A model generated the notes under the pieces. The model did no database searches and was not told the origin of the DNA. It saw nothing but the letters and a program-made list of their open reading frames with translations. DNA of 64,000 nt from Chloroflexota bacterium (lineage in GTDB: Bacteria > Chloroflexota > Anaerolineae > Aggregatilineales > Phototrophicaceae): assembly GCA_009840575.1 (NCBI GenBank), contig VXNO01000017.1:7497-71496 (forward strand), in the 5' to 3' direction. Positions 43,370 through 54,100 of the stretch are shown piece after piece. The translations under genes and the position numbers were made by a program. The stretch's first letter is position 1. Each line of letters opens with the position of its first letter.

Positions 43370-45916
43370 ATGGACGAATCAAGCAGTAAAACCAGCGCCG
43401 ATTTCGCCGGCAGCATCCGCAGCGTCGCTATCAACGAAGAAATGCGCGGCAGCTACCTCAGCTATGCCATGAGCGTAATTGTTGCCCGCGCCCTGCCCGA
43501 TGCCCGCGATGGCTTAAAGCCCGTACACCGCCGCATCTTGTATGCCATGCACGATATGGGCTTGCGGCCCGGCAGCTCCTACAAAAAAAGCGCGCGGCTC
43601 GTCGGCGAGGTGATGGGCAAATATCACCCGCATGGCGACCAGGCGATTTACGATGCCATGGCGCGTCTGGCGCAACATTTCTCGCTGCGCTACCCCTTGG
43701 TGGATGGGCAAGGCAACTTCGGCAGCCAGGATGGCGACAAACCCGCCGCCATGCGTTACACCGAAGCGCGCATGGCAAACATCGCCGGCGAGATGCTGAC
43801 CGATATTAATATGGACACGGTCGACTTCGTCGAGAATTACGACACGACCCAAGACGAGCCCAGCGTGCTGCCGGCGCGCTTGCCCAACCTGTTGCTGAAT
43901 GGCGCCAGCGGCATCGCTGTGGGCATGGCGACCAACATCCCGCCGCATAATCTGCGCGAGCTGGCGGCAGCCATCACCCACCTCATCGACAACTACGATG
44001 ATATCGAGTCGGTAACAGTCGATGATTTGATGGAGTTTGTGAAGGGCCCCGACTTCCCGACCGGCGCGACTATCGTGGTTGGCGACGAACTCAAGCAAGC
44101 CTATGCCAATGGCAAGGGGCGAGTCGTCGTCCGCTCCAGCGCGCATTTTGAAGAAGCGGCTGGCGGCGGCATCAACATCGTCTTCACTTCAATCCCCTAT
44201 CAATTGAGCAAATCGACCATCATTGAGCGCATCGTCAGCCTGGCGCGCGGCGGGCGCATCGAAGCCATCCGCGACCTGCGCGATGAATCCGACCGCCAGG
44301 GGCTGCGACTGGTGGTCGAGCTAAAACGCCATGCCCAGCCCCAGCGCGTGCTGAATCAGCTCTATCGCTTTACCCAGCTGCAAAACGTCTTCAGCATCCA
44401 GATGTTGGCTTTGGTGGCTGGCGAGCCGCGCACGTTGCCATTGAAACGGTGCCTGCGCGTGTATATTGAGCATCGGCGCGATGTCATCGTGCGGCGCTCG
44501 CGGTATGACCTGGCGCGACAGCAAGCCCGCGCCCATATTTTGAGCGGCTTGCTCAAGGCGGTCGCCAACATTGACGCGGTCATCCAAACCATTCGCAATT
44601 CGCCTGATGTCGAAGCGGCGCGCGCCCAATTGATAGCGAACTTCGCGCTGGATGAAAGGCAAGCCAACGCCATCCTGGATATGCAGCTGCGGCGGCTGGC
44701 GGCGCTGGAACGGCAAAAGCTGCAAGATGAATACGCGGCGGTGCAAGCGCGCATCGCTTACCTGGAAGACTTGCTGGCTTCCCCGCAGAAGGTCTTGCAA
44801 CTCATCCGCGACGACATTCAAGAGATTGCCGAGAGGTATGGCGACGAGCGCAAGACCGATGTGGTCTATGGCAATATCGACTTCCACGAGGGCGATTTGT
44901 ATCGGCGTGAGAATGTAGTCATCAGCCTGACGGAAAATGGCTACATCAAACGGGTGGCGGCGCGGCATTATCGCGGGCAGCGGCGCGGCGGCAAAGGCAT
45001 GCGCGGCTTCACACTAAAAGACGACGACGCCTTGCTGGATGTCTTTTTCGCCTATAGCCACGATACTATGCTGTTTTTCAGCGATCGCGGGCGTGTTTAT
45101 TCCTGCAGCGCCTACGAAATCGCCGATACAGCGCGCGAGAAACGCGGGGCGCTCATCCAGTCCCTGCTGCCGCTGGAAGGCGACGAGAAGATCAGCGCTA
45201 TATTCGCTTTGCCCGAAAGCCAAGCCGAAGACGAGGCTGGGTACTTTGTATTAGCCACCGCAGGCGGCAAGATCAAACGGGTCGAACAGCGCGAATTCAT
45301 GGACATCCGCCGCAGCGGCTTGGTCGCCATGGGCTTGCTGCCCGGCGATTTGCTGCGCTGGGCCAAGCGAACCGATGGCGACCAGCGAATCTTGATGGCC
45401 ACCGCTGATGGGCAGTGCATCCTGTTTCACGAGAGCGATGTGCGCGCGATGGGCAGGCAAGCCGCTGGCGTCCGCGGCATCAAACTGCGCCAGGGCGATC
45501 AAGTAGTCTGCATGGACGTTGTGGGCGCGGAGGACAGCCACGTGCTGGTGGCGACGAAAAAAGGGCTGGGCAAGGTATCGGCGCTGGAAAATTATAATTC
45601 ACAGGGGCGGGGCGGCATGGGTTCACTCACCCAGCGTGTCACTGAGCGCTCGGGACCAGTCGTGGCGGCGCGCAGCGTGCGGCGCAGCGACAAGCTCATG
45701 CTGATGCTGATGACCGAAAAAGGCAAGGTCCTGCGCACGAAGATCGCCGAAATCAGCGTCATCGGGCGCAACACCCAAGGCGTCAACTTGATGGATATTG
45801 ATGAAGATGACGAGGTAGCTGGCATCGCCATCATGCGCGGCGAAGAAGAACAATCCCTGCCCGAGCTCGAAGCGGCGGATGCAGACCGGCCAGCAAACAA
45901 CGGTCGTTTGCTATAG
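43370..45916 (+). CDS. gyrA: DNA gyrase subunit A
   Basis: ..[38 protein letters not shown].., active-site region ..[10 protein letters not shown].., C-terminal beta-pinwheel repeats. Confidence 0.95.
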   Translation: MDESSSKTSADFAGSIRSVAINEEMRGSYLSYAMSVIVARALPDARDGLKPVHRRILYAMHDMGLRPGSSYKKSARLVGEVMGKYHPHGDQAIYDAMARLAQHFSLRYPLVDGQGNFGSQDGDKPAAMRYTEARMANIAGEMLTDINMDTVDFVENYDTTQDEPSVLPARLPNLLLNGASGIAVGMATNIPPHNLRELAAAITHLIDNYDDIESVTVDDLMEFVKGPDFPTGATIVVGDELKQAYANGKGRVVVRSSAHFEEAAGGGINIVFTSIPYQLSKSTIIERIVSLARGGRIEAIRDLRDESDRQGLRLVVELKRHAQPQRVLNQLYRFTQLQNVFSIQMLALVAGEPRTLPLKRCLRVYIEHRRDVIVRRSRYDLARQQARAHILSGLLKAVANIDAVIQTIRNSPDVEAARAQLIANFALDERQANAILDMQLRRLAALERQKLQDEYAAVQARIAYLEDLLASPQKVLQLIRDDIQEIAERYGDERKTDVVYGNIDFHEGDLYRRENVVISLTENGYIKRVAARHYRGQRRGGKGMRGFTLKDDDALLDVFFAYSHDTMLFFSDRGRVYSCSAYEIADTAREKRGALIQSLLPLEGDEKISAIFALPESQAEDEAGYFVLATAGGKIKRVEQREFMDIRRSGLVAMGLLPGDLLRWAKRTDGDQRILMATADGQCILFHESDVRAMGRQAAGVRGIKLRQGDQVVCMDVVGAEDSHVLVATKKGLGKVSALENYNSQGRGGMGSLTQRVTERSGPVVAARSVRRSDKLMLMLMTEKGKVLRTKIAEISVIGRNTQGVNLMDIDEDDEVAGIAIMRGEEEQSLPELEAADADRPANNGRLL

Positions 45917-45932
45917 GCGATTTTTCACAGAA

Positions 45933-46568
45933 CTACTCAGCGGGCGCTGCGTCTGCGGTTTCTTCGCCCTCGAGTTCGCCGTCTTCTTCATCCAGCTCCG
46001 CATCAGCGCGAGCGGCGGCCGGCTGAACGATCTTCGCCAGCATTTCGTTGGAGTCATTGTGCACGGTGACATTCTCGCCGAAGCGGAGATCGCCCACCAG
46101 CACTTCCGCGCCCAATTCGGTCAGTTGCGTCAGGTCGATGACGATGCGGTTGCGGATATCGCTGGGGAAGACCTCCAACGTCAGCGAGCTGCGACCGGTG
46201 ATGAGGATGCCTTCGCGCGCGGCAACCACCGGGCTGCTGCCCTTCATGACGATGGGCACTTCCACCGAGATGCGCTGGGATTGGTCGACAGCCAGGAAGT
46301 CGACATGCAGGATATCGCCGCGCACGACATCGCGCTGCACCTCACGCGCCAGCGATGGATACACCGCCCCTTCGACTTCAATGTCGATCAGGTTGGTGCC
46401 ACCGGCTTCCATCAGCATGACTTCAACCGCGCGGTAGGGAAATTGCACGCTGAGCGGCTCGATTGATGGTCCATATAGGATGCCTGGCACAAAGCCATCC
46501 CGCCGCAACTGGCGATTTTTCTTGCCGTGCGCCCGGCGCTTTTGGGCGGCAAGCTGAAAGTCGGACAT
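45933..46568 (-). CDS. rplY: 50S ribosomal protein L25, Ctc-form
   Basis: ..AAQKRRAHGKKNRQLRRDGFVPGILYG.. N-terminus, two-domain length (211 aa), acidic C-terminal tail. Confidence 0.9.
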   Translation of the reverse strand: MSDFQLAAQKRRAHGKKNRQLRRDGFVPGILYGPSIEPLSVQFPYRAVEVMLMEAGGTNLIDIEVEGAVYPSLAREVQRDVVRGDILHVDFLAVDQSQRISVEVPIVMKGSSPVVAAREGILITGRSSLTLEVFPSDIRNRIVIDLTQLTELGAEVLVGDLRFGENVTVHNDSNEMLAKIVQPAAARADAELDEEDGELEGEETADAAPAE

Positions 46569-46635
46569 AGCAATACGCTCCTATGCGCGCGGAAGGCAGC
46601 GCGCACCCTGCTCTTATAAAGAATGCTTCACGCCC

Positions 46636-46664
46636 ATGCTATTGCCCGGTTGCGCGCAAGTCAA
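46636..46664 (-). promoter_or_regulatory. Putative sigma-70 promoter of rplY
   Basis: Minus strand TTGACT (complement of 46659-46664), 17 nt, TAGCAT (complement of 46636-46641). The leader of about 60 nt contains a GCGCGC-N8-GCGCGC hairpin. Confidence 0.45.
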
Positions 46665-46703
46665 TAGGCGAACAGGCACAAGGCTTGGAAATAATCCCTT
46701 TAT

Positions 46704-46776
46704 AGCGGGCAACGGGACTCGAACCCGTGACCTACTGCTTGGGAAGCAGTTGCTCTACCGACTGAGCTATACCCGC
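46704..46776 (-). tRNA. tRNA-Gly (anticodon CCC)
   Basis: Hand-folded from the reverse complement GCGGGTATAGCTCAGTCGGTAGAGCAACTGCTTCCCAAGCAGTAGGTCACGGGTTCGAGTCCCGTTGCCCGCT. Acceptor has 7 bp (one G-U). Anticodon stem ACTGC/GCAGT with loop TTCCCAA. T-arm ACGGG-TTCGAGT-CCCGT. Confidence 0.9.
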
Positions 46777-46787
46777 GCTGTCCAGGT

Positions 46788-46816
46788 AGTGTAGAGTTCG
46801 TCTGCGCCCGTGTCAA
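46788..46816 (-). promoter_or_regulatory. Putative sigma-70 promoter of tRNA-Gly
   Basis: Minus strand TTGACA (complement of 46811-46816), 17 nt, TACACT (complement of 46788-46793). The tRNA 5' end is 12 nt downstream. Confidence 0.55.
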
Positions 46817-46848
46817 GCGGCTGTGGCAGGGCAATCGCTTAAAAATTA

Positions 46849-46883
46849 ATTCACCACAGAGGCGCAGAAGACACAGGGATTTG
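46849..46883 (+). repeat. Short dispersed repeat (ATTCACCACA + degenerate CACAGAGG-like units), copy 2
   Basis: attcaccacagaggcgcagaagacacagggatttg. Same length and ends as 8663-8697. Confidence 0.5.
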
Positions 46884-47088
46884 GTGTAAGAGACAGGCGG
46901 TGACTCGCCCGTCCCCCCCTCCGACAAGTCAGGGAGAAGCAAAGTACGCGCGCAGATTCTGGATTTATCTGGCGAAGGGTTTATCAGGTTGCCGTTACAG
47001 TCAACAATTTCGCGTGGATCCACAACGTAAATCTTTATTTTCCTATCGGTGTACTCCTTAAACTCGGCGCGCTCGATGGTGAAAAGAT

Positions 47089-47116
47089 TTGGCGCGCTTG
47101 CCGATTGTGATACAAT
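47089..47116 (+). promoter_or_regulatory. Putative extended -10 promoter of the GT4 / giant-membrane-protein array
   Basis: TTGGCG (47089-47094), 16 nt ending in TGa, TACAAT (47111-47116). The ATG of the GT4 gene is at 47138. Confidence 0.45.
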
Positions 47117-47137
47117 GCACGGCTGCGTCCAGCAACG

Positions 47138-48337
47138 ATGGGAAGCAAAATGGCAACAGCCGGGCAGGCTGCTGGCGGCGAGCGGCGCAAGCTCAAGATC
47201 TTGATGCTGCTGCTCTATTATCATCCGCATTCCACTGGTTTGACCAATTATGTGCGCATGCTGGCGGAGGCGCTGGCGCGGCGCGGGCACGAGGTCACCG
47301 TCGTGGCTTCGCAGCATACAAAGGCGCTGCCGCGTGGCGAGTCCATGCTGAATGGCGTGCGGGTTGTGCGTTTGTGGGCACCCCTGCGCATCAGCCGCGG
47401 CTTCATCCTGCCCACCTATCCCTGGCAGGTGTACAGTCTCATCCGCCAGCACGATATCGTCAACATCCACATCCCGCTGCTAGAGACGGCGCTAGTGGCA
47501 TTCCTGGCGGGCTTGGCTGGCGTCAAGCTCATCGCCACCCACCACGGCGACTTAATCTTGCCAGCCGGGCGCTTCAATCGTTTCGTCACCCGGTCTATGT
47601 TCGCCATGTACAAGCTGATGGCGCGGCGCAGCGCCTGTTTGGTTGGTTACAGCGATGACTATGCGGATAACTCCTATTACTTAAAGCCCTTCCGCGATCA
47701 AGTGCGCGTCATCTATCCGCCTGTGCAGATTCCAGTCCCCGACCAGGAAAAAGCCAAGCAGTGGCGCGCCCGCTGGCAGCAGGATGGGGGGGCAATCATC
47801 GGCTTCTCGGGGCGCTTTGTGCAGGAAAAACGACCCGACCTGCTCATCCGCGCGCTGGAGATCATCAACAAGCGCTATCCGCAGGCGCGCATCGTCTTCG
47901 CTGGCGAATACGACATTCCCTACGAAGGCACCTGGCAGCGGCATTCGGCCTTGGTCGACAAGTATCGAGAGCAACTGATCTTCCTGGGGCTGCTGCGCGA
48001 CCCGCAAGAACTGGCCAACTTTTACGCAGCCTGCGATGTGCTGGCGCTGCCCAGCGACAGTGATTGTTTTGCCTTGGTGCAGGTCGAAGCCATGCTCTGC
48101 GGCACGCCCGTGGTCATGACAGACATCCCCGGCGGCCGCGTGCCCGTGCAAGTTACTGGCATGGGCGCGCTGGCGCAGGCAGGTGATGCCATCTCGTTTG
48201 GCGAGGCTGTGCTGGCTGTGCTGGCTGACCGCGCCAAGTATAGCAAGCCGCGTGCCGAAATCGCGCGGGTTTTTTCATTCGACAAAACCTTGCGGGAATA
48301 CGAGCAAATGTTCCTGCAGCATGCGCGCAAACGATAG
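47138..48337 (+). CDS. GT4-family (GT-B fold) glycosyltransferase
   Basis: ..LKILMLLLYYHPHSTGLTNYV.. N-terminal domain. C-terminal ..RFVQEKRPDLL.. and ..ALPSDSDCFALVQVEAMLCGTPVV.. are the Glycos_transf_1 motif. Confidence 0.85.
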   Translation: MGSKMATAGQAAGGERRKLKILMLLLYYHPHSTGLTNYVRMLAEALARRGHEVTVVASQHTKALPRGESMLNGVRVVRLWAPLRISRGFILPTYPWQVYSLIRQHDIVNIHIPLLETALVAFLAGLAGVKLIATHHGDLILPAGRFNRFVTRSMFAMYKLMARRSACLVGYSDDYADNSYYLKPFRDQVRVIYPPVQIPVPDQEKAKQWRARWQQDGGAIIGFSGRFVQEKRPDLLIRALEIINKRYPQARIVFAGEYDIPYEGTWQRHSALVDKYREQLIFLGLLRDPQELANFYAACDVLALPSDSDCFALVQVEAMLCGTPVVMTDIPGGRVPVQVTGMGALAQAGDAISFGEAVLAVLADRAKYSKPRAEIARVFSFDKTLREYEQMFLQHARKR

Positions 48338-48454
48338 AAAATAGCAAGGGTTAGTCGCTACAATAGACGCAATCAATATGAGCTCGCGCGAAAATAGCCC
48401 AAGGCAGTCGCTGCGCAGCGGACGATCAACCGCATATATGGATGAGACAGACAA

Positions 48455-51109
48455 GTGACCGACGACCCAGCTCAGCTTGGCAACACCGAATCTACAGCGG
48501 ATGCCAACCTGGAAAAGTCGCTGGAAGACTTGACGGTTGCCCAGCTACTCGGCTTGTTAATCAGGAAGCCGATGGCGACCAAGCGCCGTTTTCAGCCTGC
48601 GGCAGCCGCACCTGCCCTGCTGAGCGAAGCCGCTACATCGCCGCCAAGCTCAACGCAAGCGGCGGGCTTGGCGGGCGACTGGCAACGCAGAGCAGGCCGG
48701 CTCTTGCAGGAGAAGCATTTACAGTTGCTTCTCTACCTTGCCGCCCTGTTGTTTGCCTATATCGGCAGTGTCTACGGGCGGGGCAGCCCGGAGATCTCCC
48801 GCGCGAATTATTATTCGATGGAAGTCGCCGCGCCTTACCTGTGGGCGGGCTTTCTGCTGTGGCTGCTGGCGGAGCTGGTCGGCAACTGGCAAGCGCTACG
48901 CACTGGCTGGCGCAGGCTCGACGCCGCCGACCGTTGGCGCTGGCTGGCGCGGATTGCCCCGGCGCTGATTTGGGTCAACGCCGTCTTTATGCTAGGCACA
49001 TCCCTTAACGCGCCCACGGACGAATCAGTGCCAATGGCAGCCGTTGCCCTCCTGCGCATGGCAATCGGCGGAGTCGCCTGGCTGGGCATCAATCTGATGT
49101 TTCGATTTTTTCGGGGGCGTCAGCCGCCGCTGAATCCAGGCGAAGCAGTGGATGATCCGCCACTGATCCACCAACGCCAGCCGCTGCGACTGCCGATATG
49201 GCGCGATATCAGCCCATTGCGCGCGGTGACCTTCGGCATCGCTTGCCTTTGCAGCCTGCATGTATGGGAGGACTCGACCGGCAACTACATCCCGTTGAAC
49301 ACGATACAAGTCTGGTTTGTCGCGGCTTTGCTGTGGTGCTGCGTCTTTGCGCCGCTGCGCTGGAACATCTTTGATTCCGCCAGCAAGACAATTGACCATT
49401 GGCGGCGCATCCGCTGGCGGAACTATCGCGGCGTGATAATCGCCTTCGCCCTGCTGATGCTGCTCGGTTTCAGCTTCCGTTACGACATGCTGGATCAACA
49501 TCCGCGCTATCTATACGGCGACCTGGTCGAGAAAATCCAGGACGCGCACAAGATTTATTACCATGACGATTATCGCATCTTCATGGAAAACATCGGCGGT
49601 CGCGAACCGCTGCACTTTTACCTGCTGTCTGTCTTGGCCAGTCAGGAAGGCATGAACTTCGACCACTTCGCGCTCAAAAGCATGACAGCGTTGTGGTCGA
49701 TATTGGCGCTGCCGCTGATGTTCTGGCTTGCCGTGGAAGCCTTTTATGGCTTAAAGCGCGATCGCCGGTGGTCGCTGATTGTGGGCTTAGCAATGCTGGG
49801 CTTGGTGGCGGGCAGCTTTTGGCATGTGATGCTGGGCAGACAGGGTTTGCGCACGGGCGTGACATCGTTCTGGACGCCAGCCATCATGATTTTCTTCGTG
49901 AGGGCGCTGCGCAGCAACCGCCGCGTTAACTTTATATTGGCAGGCCTTTGTCTGGGCTTCGGCTTAATCAGCTACCAAGCCATGCGCATGATGCCCGCTT
50001 CAATTGTAGCTGGGGTCTTGACCGCCCTGCTGGTACGCCGCTATTCCTGGCGGGAGCGCGCCAGCTATTTGCTGAACCTGGCTGTGCTGGCTACCGTCGC
50101 TTTCACTGTCTTTATGCCGATTATGCGCTATTGGACGGAATATCCGGAAGACTATATGCGGCGTACCAGCACGCGCATATTCGGGGACATGCCCACCTCG
50201 CCCGAGGAGCGCACAGAATTTTTGCTGGAGAACGGCGCGCGGCTCTTGAAGAACTGGCACGACCAATTGTTGATGGTTCACTATAATGGCGAAGCCACAT
50301 TCATCAGCAGCGCGCCCGACAAACCACATTTTGACCCACTGGTCGCCGCCCTCATCACTTTGGGCGTCGCCGCCTGGATTGCGCTGATGGCGAAGACGCG
50401 CGACCAATTCGTCTGGTATATGCCGGCATTTCTGTTTTTTGCGATGCTGCCGTCGGCGCTTGCCCTTTCCTTTTCTATCGAAGTACCCAGCCTCACCCGC
50501 GGCAACACCGCCATCACGCCGCTTTATCTCATCGCCGCGCTGCCGCTGGCTTTGATATGCCGCCAAATTTATCGCTGCCTGCCCAAGCGGCTGGGCTGGC
50601 TGGCGGGCGTCGGCTTCGGCGCGCTGGTTATCCTGGCATCCAACGAATACAACGCCGACTATTACTTCGGCTATTTCACCGACAACTTCAACGCCTCATC
50701 GCACCCATATGTCGAGGTCGGCAATGTGCTGCGCGGCTTTGTGGAAAGCGACGGCGCTTTTGGCAATGCCTTCGTGGTGGCGATTCCCCATTGGCTGGAC
50801 CACCGAGCGGTTGGCATTGAAGCGGGCGTCATGTACTTCGACAATGGCGGATTCATCAACAACATTCCTTGGCTCATACGTCGCAATTTCCTCAGCCCGG
50901 GCTCGTGGACTCTCGTTCCGCAGCGCGATTTGCTCTTTATTTATGCCAATGCCGACCTGGAAACGCCGCAAGTGCTCGCGGAGTGGTTCCCACAAGGCAG
51001 GAGTCTCTTCATAGAAGCGCATCACCCTAACCGCGGCTTCTATATCTACCGCGTGCCCGCTCTGGGGGCGCAGGGCATAAACGACTTCATCGATCAATAC
51101 GCATCATGA
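48455..51109 (+). CDS. Giant polytopic membrane protein, GT-C-like (ArnT/PMT-like core with N-terminal TM extension)
   Basis: 884 aa, GTG start, more than 12 hydrophobic segments. The core ..GGREPLHFYLLSVLAS...ALKSMTALWSILALPLMFWL.. resembles ArnT/PMT_2 proteins. Confidence 0.5.
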   Translation: MTDDPAQLGNTESTADANLEKSLEDLTVAQLLGLLIRKPMATKRRFQPAAAAPALLSEAATSPPSSTQAAGLAGDWQRRAGRLLQEKHLQLLLYLAALLFAYIGSVYGRGSPEISRANYYSMEVAAPYLWAGFLLWLLAELVGNWQALRTGWRRLDAADRWRWLARIAPALIWVNAVFMLGTSLNAPTDESVPMAAVALLRMAIGGVAWLGINLMFRFFRGRQPPLNPGEAVDDPPLIHQRQPLRLPIWRDISPLRAVTFGIACLCSLHVWEDSTGNYIPLNTIQVWFVAALLWCCVFAPLRWNIFDSASKTIDHWRRIRWRNYRGVIIAFALLMLLGFSFRYDMLDQHPRYLYGDLVEKIQDAHKIYYHDDYRIFMENIGGREPLHFYLLSVLASQEGMNFDHFALKSMTALWSILALPLMFWLAVEAFYGLKRDRRWSLIVGLAMLGLVAGSFWHVMLGRQGLRTGVTSFWTPAIMIFFVRALRSNRRVNFILAGLCLGFGLISYQAMRMMPASIVAGVLTALLVRRYSWRERASYLLNLAVLATVAFTVFMPIMRYWTEYPEDYMRRTSTRIFGDMPTSPEERTEFLLENGARLLKNWHDQLLMVHYNGEATFISSAPDKPHFDPLVAALITLGVAAWIALMAKTRDQFVWYMPAFLFFAMLPSALALSFSIEVPSLTRGNTAITPLYLIAALPLALICRQIYRCLPKRLGWLAGVGFGALVILASNEYNADYYFGYFTDNFNASSHPYVEVGNVLRGFVESDGAFGNAFVVAIPHWLDHRAVGIEAGVMYFDNGGFINNIPWLIRRNFLSPGSWTLVPQRDLLFIYANADLETPQVLAEWFPQGRSLFIEAHHPNRGFYIYRVPALGAQGINDFIDQYAS

Positions 51110-54100
51110 CGCACTCGCCAGCGCATCAAGCAACCCGAACCGAGCAGCTTCTACCTGTTAGCCGCGCGCTCAGCCGGCGGGGTGTCATCATCAGCCTGCT
51201 GCTGCCGCTTGTCTTGATTTATGGCGTGGGGTTGCGCCTGGTGGGGCAGAATTGGGATGACTATTCACATACGCATCCTGATGAGATGTTCCTGACCTTG
51301 CTGACCTTGCCGCATTTGGGCGGCTCCAACAATTTCACGGTGGACGCGGTCAACTTCCCCCGTCAGCAGATTTTCGTACATACCCAGACGCCTGATATCC
51401 GCACGCACTATGACGTCCTTAATAAGGTCGCTGCATTGCGCTTGGGCGCAGTGGCGGGCAGTTTCGCGGCGGAGGCGGCGCATTGGCTGAGCAATGGCAA
51501 TGCGGTCGCCGAATACAGCGACATGACAGCCGCCCAGTCTGCGCTGCGCTCGCGGCAAGTGGATGTCTTGCTAGCAAGCGTCACGTGGTCGATCAGCGAG
51601 CCGGAAATTGTGGCGGGGGGTGTGATCGAATCAGTCGACCTGCAAGACCTGTATTGCCGCTACCACAGCCCCGGCAGCGATGGTATCGGCGGTTATTTTG
51701 ATACGCGCTGCTCGCCGCTCAACCCGCACAATGCAACGCAGCCATTTTTTGTTTATGGGACATTGCCGATTTTCCTGGCGCATTTTGGCAGCGAGATGCT
51801 GCGCGCCGGCACCGAAGCGGGCTGGCTCTTCTTCGACTTTCAAGCGCCGCATTTGGTTTGGCGCGGCATCAGCATGGTCTTTGATTGTTTGTCGATTCTG
51901 GTGGTATTTCTCTTGGGTCGGCGCGCGCATGATTCGCGGGTGGGTTTGCTGGCGGCGCTGTTGTACGCGTCTTCTCCGTTGGCGATCCAGCTGGCGCATT
52001 TTGGCACAGTCAATTCCATCGCTTGTTTCTGGGTATGCCTGGCGCTGTATTTCGCGGTGGCTGCCCAGCAGCATGGCAAGCGCGGCGCGTACTGGTGGTT
52101 CGGCATCGCCTGTGGCGCGGCGGTGGCCAGCCGCATCAACCTGGCACCACTGGCTGGCATCATCGTGCTGGCGGCTGCGGTGCAGGTATTGCCGGCGCTA
52201 GGCCCGACACTGGGCAGCAGGCTGCGCCGGCACCTCATCTTGCACACTGTCGGCGGGTTGCTGCTGGCGGGCGTGGCGGCTTTTCTGGCTTTTCGCATCT
52301 TGAACCCTTATGCCTTCGCCGGTCCTGGTTTCTTGAACATCCTGCCCAATGACCGCTGGCTGGAGAATATGCAGCGGGTCAGCGCGACTGTCTCCAGCCC
52401 GCAAGAGTTCCCGCCCAACTGGCAGTGGCTGGCGAAGTCTTCGGTTGTGCATCCAGCCAAAGACATGTTGTTTTGGGGCATGGGTCTCAGCTTCGGCTTG
52501 CTGGGCTGGTTTGGCTGGGGCTGGGCGGCGCTGCGGCTGCTCAACCTGGGGGCGGGCGCGACTCGTCACCTGCTGCTTCTGGTCTGGGTGGGCGGCTACA
52601 CGGTCTGGATGGCGCGGCTCTTCGCCATGACGATCCGCTATTACCTGCCGCTCTATGGCGCGCTGGCTGTCCTGGCGGGTTGGTGCCTGGTTGAATTGTG
52701 GCGGCGCGCGCAACAATCCGAACGGAGTCCGCCGATTGCCGCGGGGCTGCTGCTGTGTTTTGGCGGCTTCCTGACTGTCGTCGGCTTGGCTCATGCGCTG
52801 GGCGTGACAGCCGACGCCACCGCCATTACAGCTATCCTGATGGGCTTGGCTCTGTTAGCAGCTGCGATTGCGCCGGGCTTTCGGCGTGGGCGCGTCATCG
52901 TGCTGGGCGGATTCGCGCTGGGTTTCGCATGCCTTTGGGGATTGATGAGCGCGGGCAGATACCAGCATCAGACGACGCTCGTGCAGGGCTCGCGCTACCT
53001 GTTTGAGCAGGTGCCGGGCGACTTTGCCATGCGCGTAGATGGCGCAGGCAGCCATGCGCCGCTGATCAACATCGCTTTCCACAATAGCGGCATACCCCTG
53101 CCCGGCTTTGAAGACACGGCTTATCGTGGCGCAAACCACTATCGCGAAAACGAACCCAAACGTCAGTCCTTTATCGCGCCAGCCAGCGGCACAGTTTCAT
53201 CGGTATTTGCGCCGCATCTTTTCGACCTGCATGACGATAGCGAGCCAGAACACCTGGCGATTCGCCTCTACACGGGGGATGGCGCGACACTGCTGGCGGA
53301 TGCGAATCTGCGGGGGGATTTACCGCGCGATAGGCATCCGCTGGGTGATGCCTATGAAATCCCCTTTGCCAGCCAGGCCACAGTCAAGCAAGGCGAGCGC
53401 TATACATTCGAAGTCCTGGTGATGCCGGGCAGCGGCGATGTCGGCGGCTCTGGCTCAGTGGTGTTGGTAGAGGGGGCATGGGATAACCGCGTCACCGGCA
53501 TCCATACCTGCGAGCTGCCCGCGGGCATGAGCCTGGCGGATGATCTGCCGGCGGGTTACTTCCGCCCCAACGAATGCCGCGGCACGCAAGCCTGGTATGG
53601 CTTGGTCAACTCGCTTGACCAGATCATGTCCTACCCGGTCGATGATCAAATCAAGCGCGACGACATCCTGCGCAGCCTTGAGCTAGGCGATTACCTGACC
53701 ATCGCCAGCAACCGCTTCTACGATCATCTGCGCCGCAACCTGAAGCGCTGGCCCCTATCGACCCTCTATTATGAGAAGCTATTTGCCGGCGAGCTGGGCT
53801 ACGAACTCATCCTGACCATAGACGAGCCCTTCGAATGGGGTCCCTGGCGCGTCTCCGACCAGCATCTGCCGACCTATGCCTCGCCCGTGTGGCTGGATGA
53901 GCTGGAAGCCGACGAAGCCTACCATGTTTATGACCATCCAGCCGTCTTCATCTTTCGCAAGCGCGACGACTATTCGCAGGCGCGGGTCGAAGCCGTTCTC
54001 AGCCAGGTATCCCTGCGGCAATATCATCAATTGCAGCCAGGCGCAGAAGTAGCGCAAGACCTGGGCGTGTTTTACTGGAATCTCGAAGAAGCCGAGCGAG

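Noticed and set aside
46700-47470. 256-aa ORF on the minus strand
   Set aside because: It overlaps tRNA-Gly, its promoter and the start of the GT4 gene on the opposite strand. It has no motifs.
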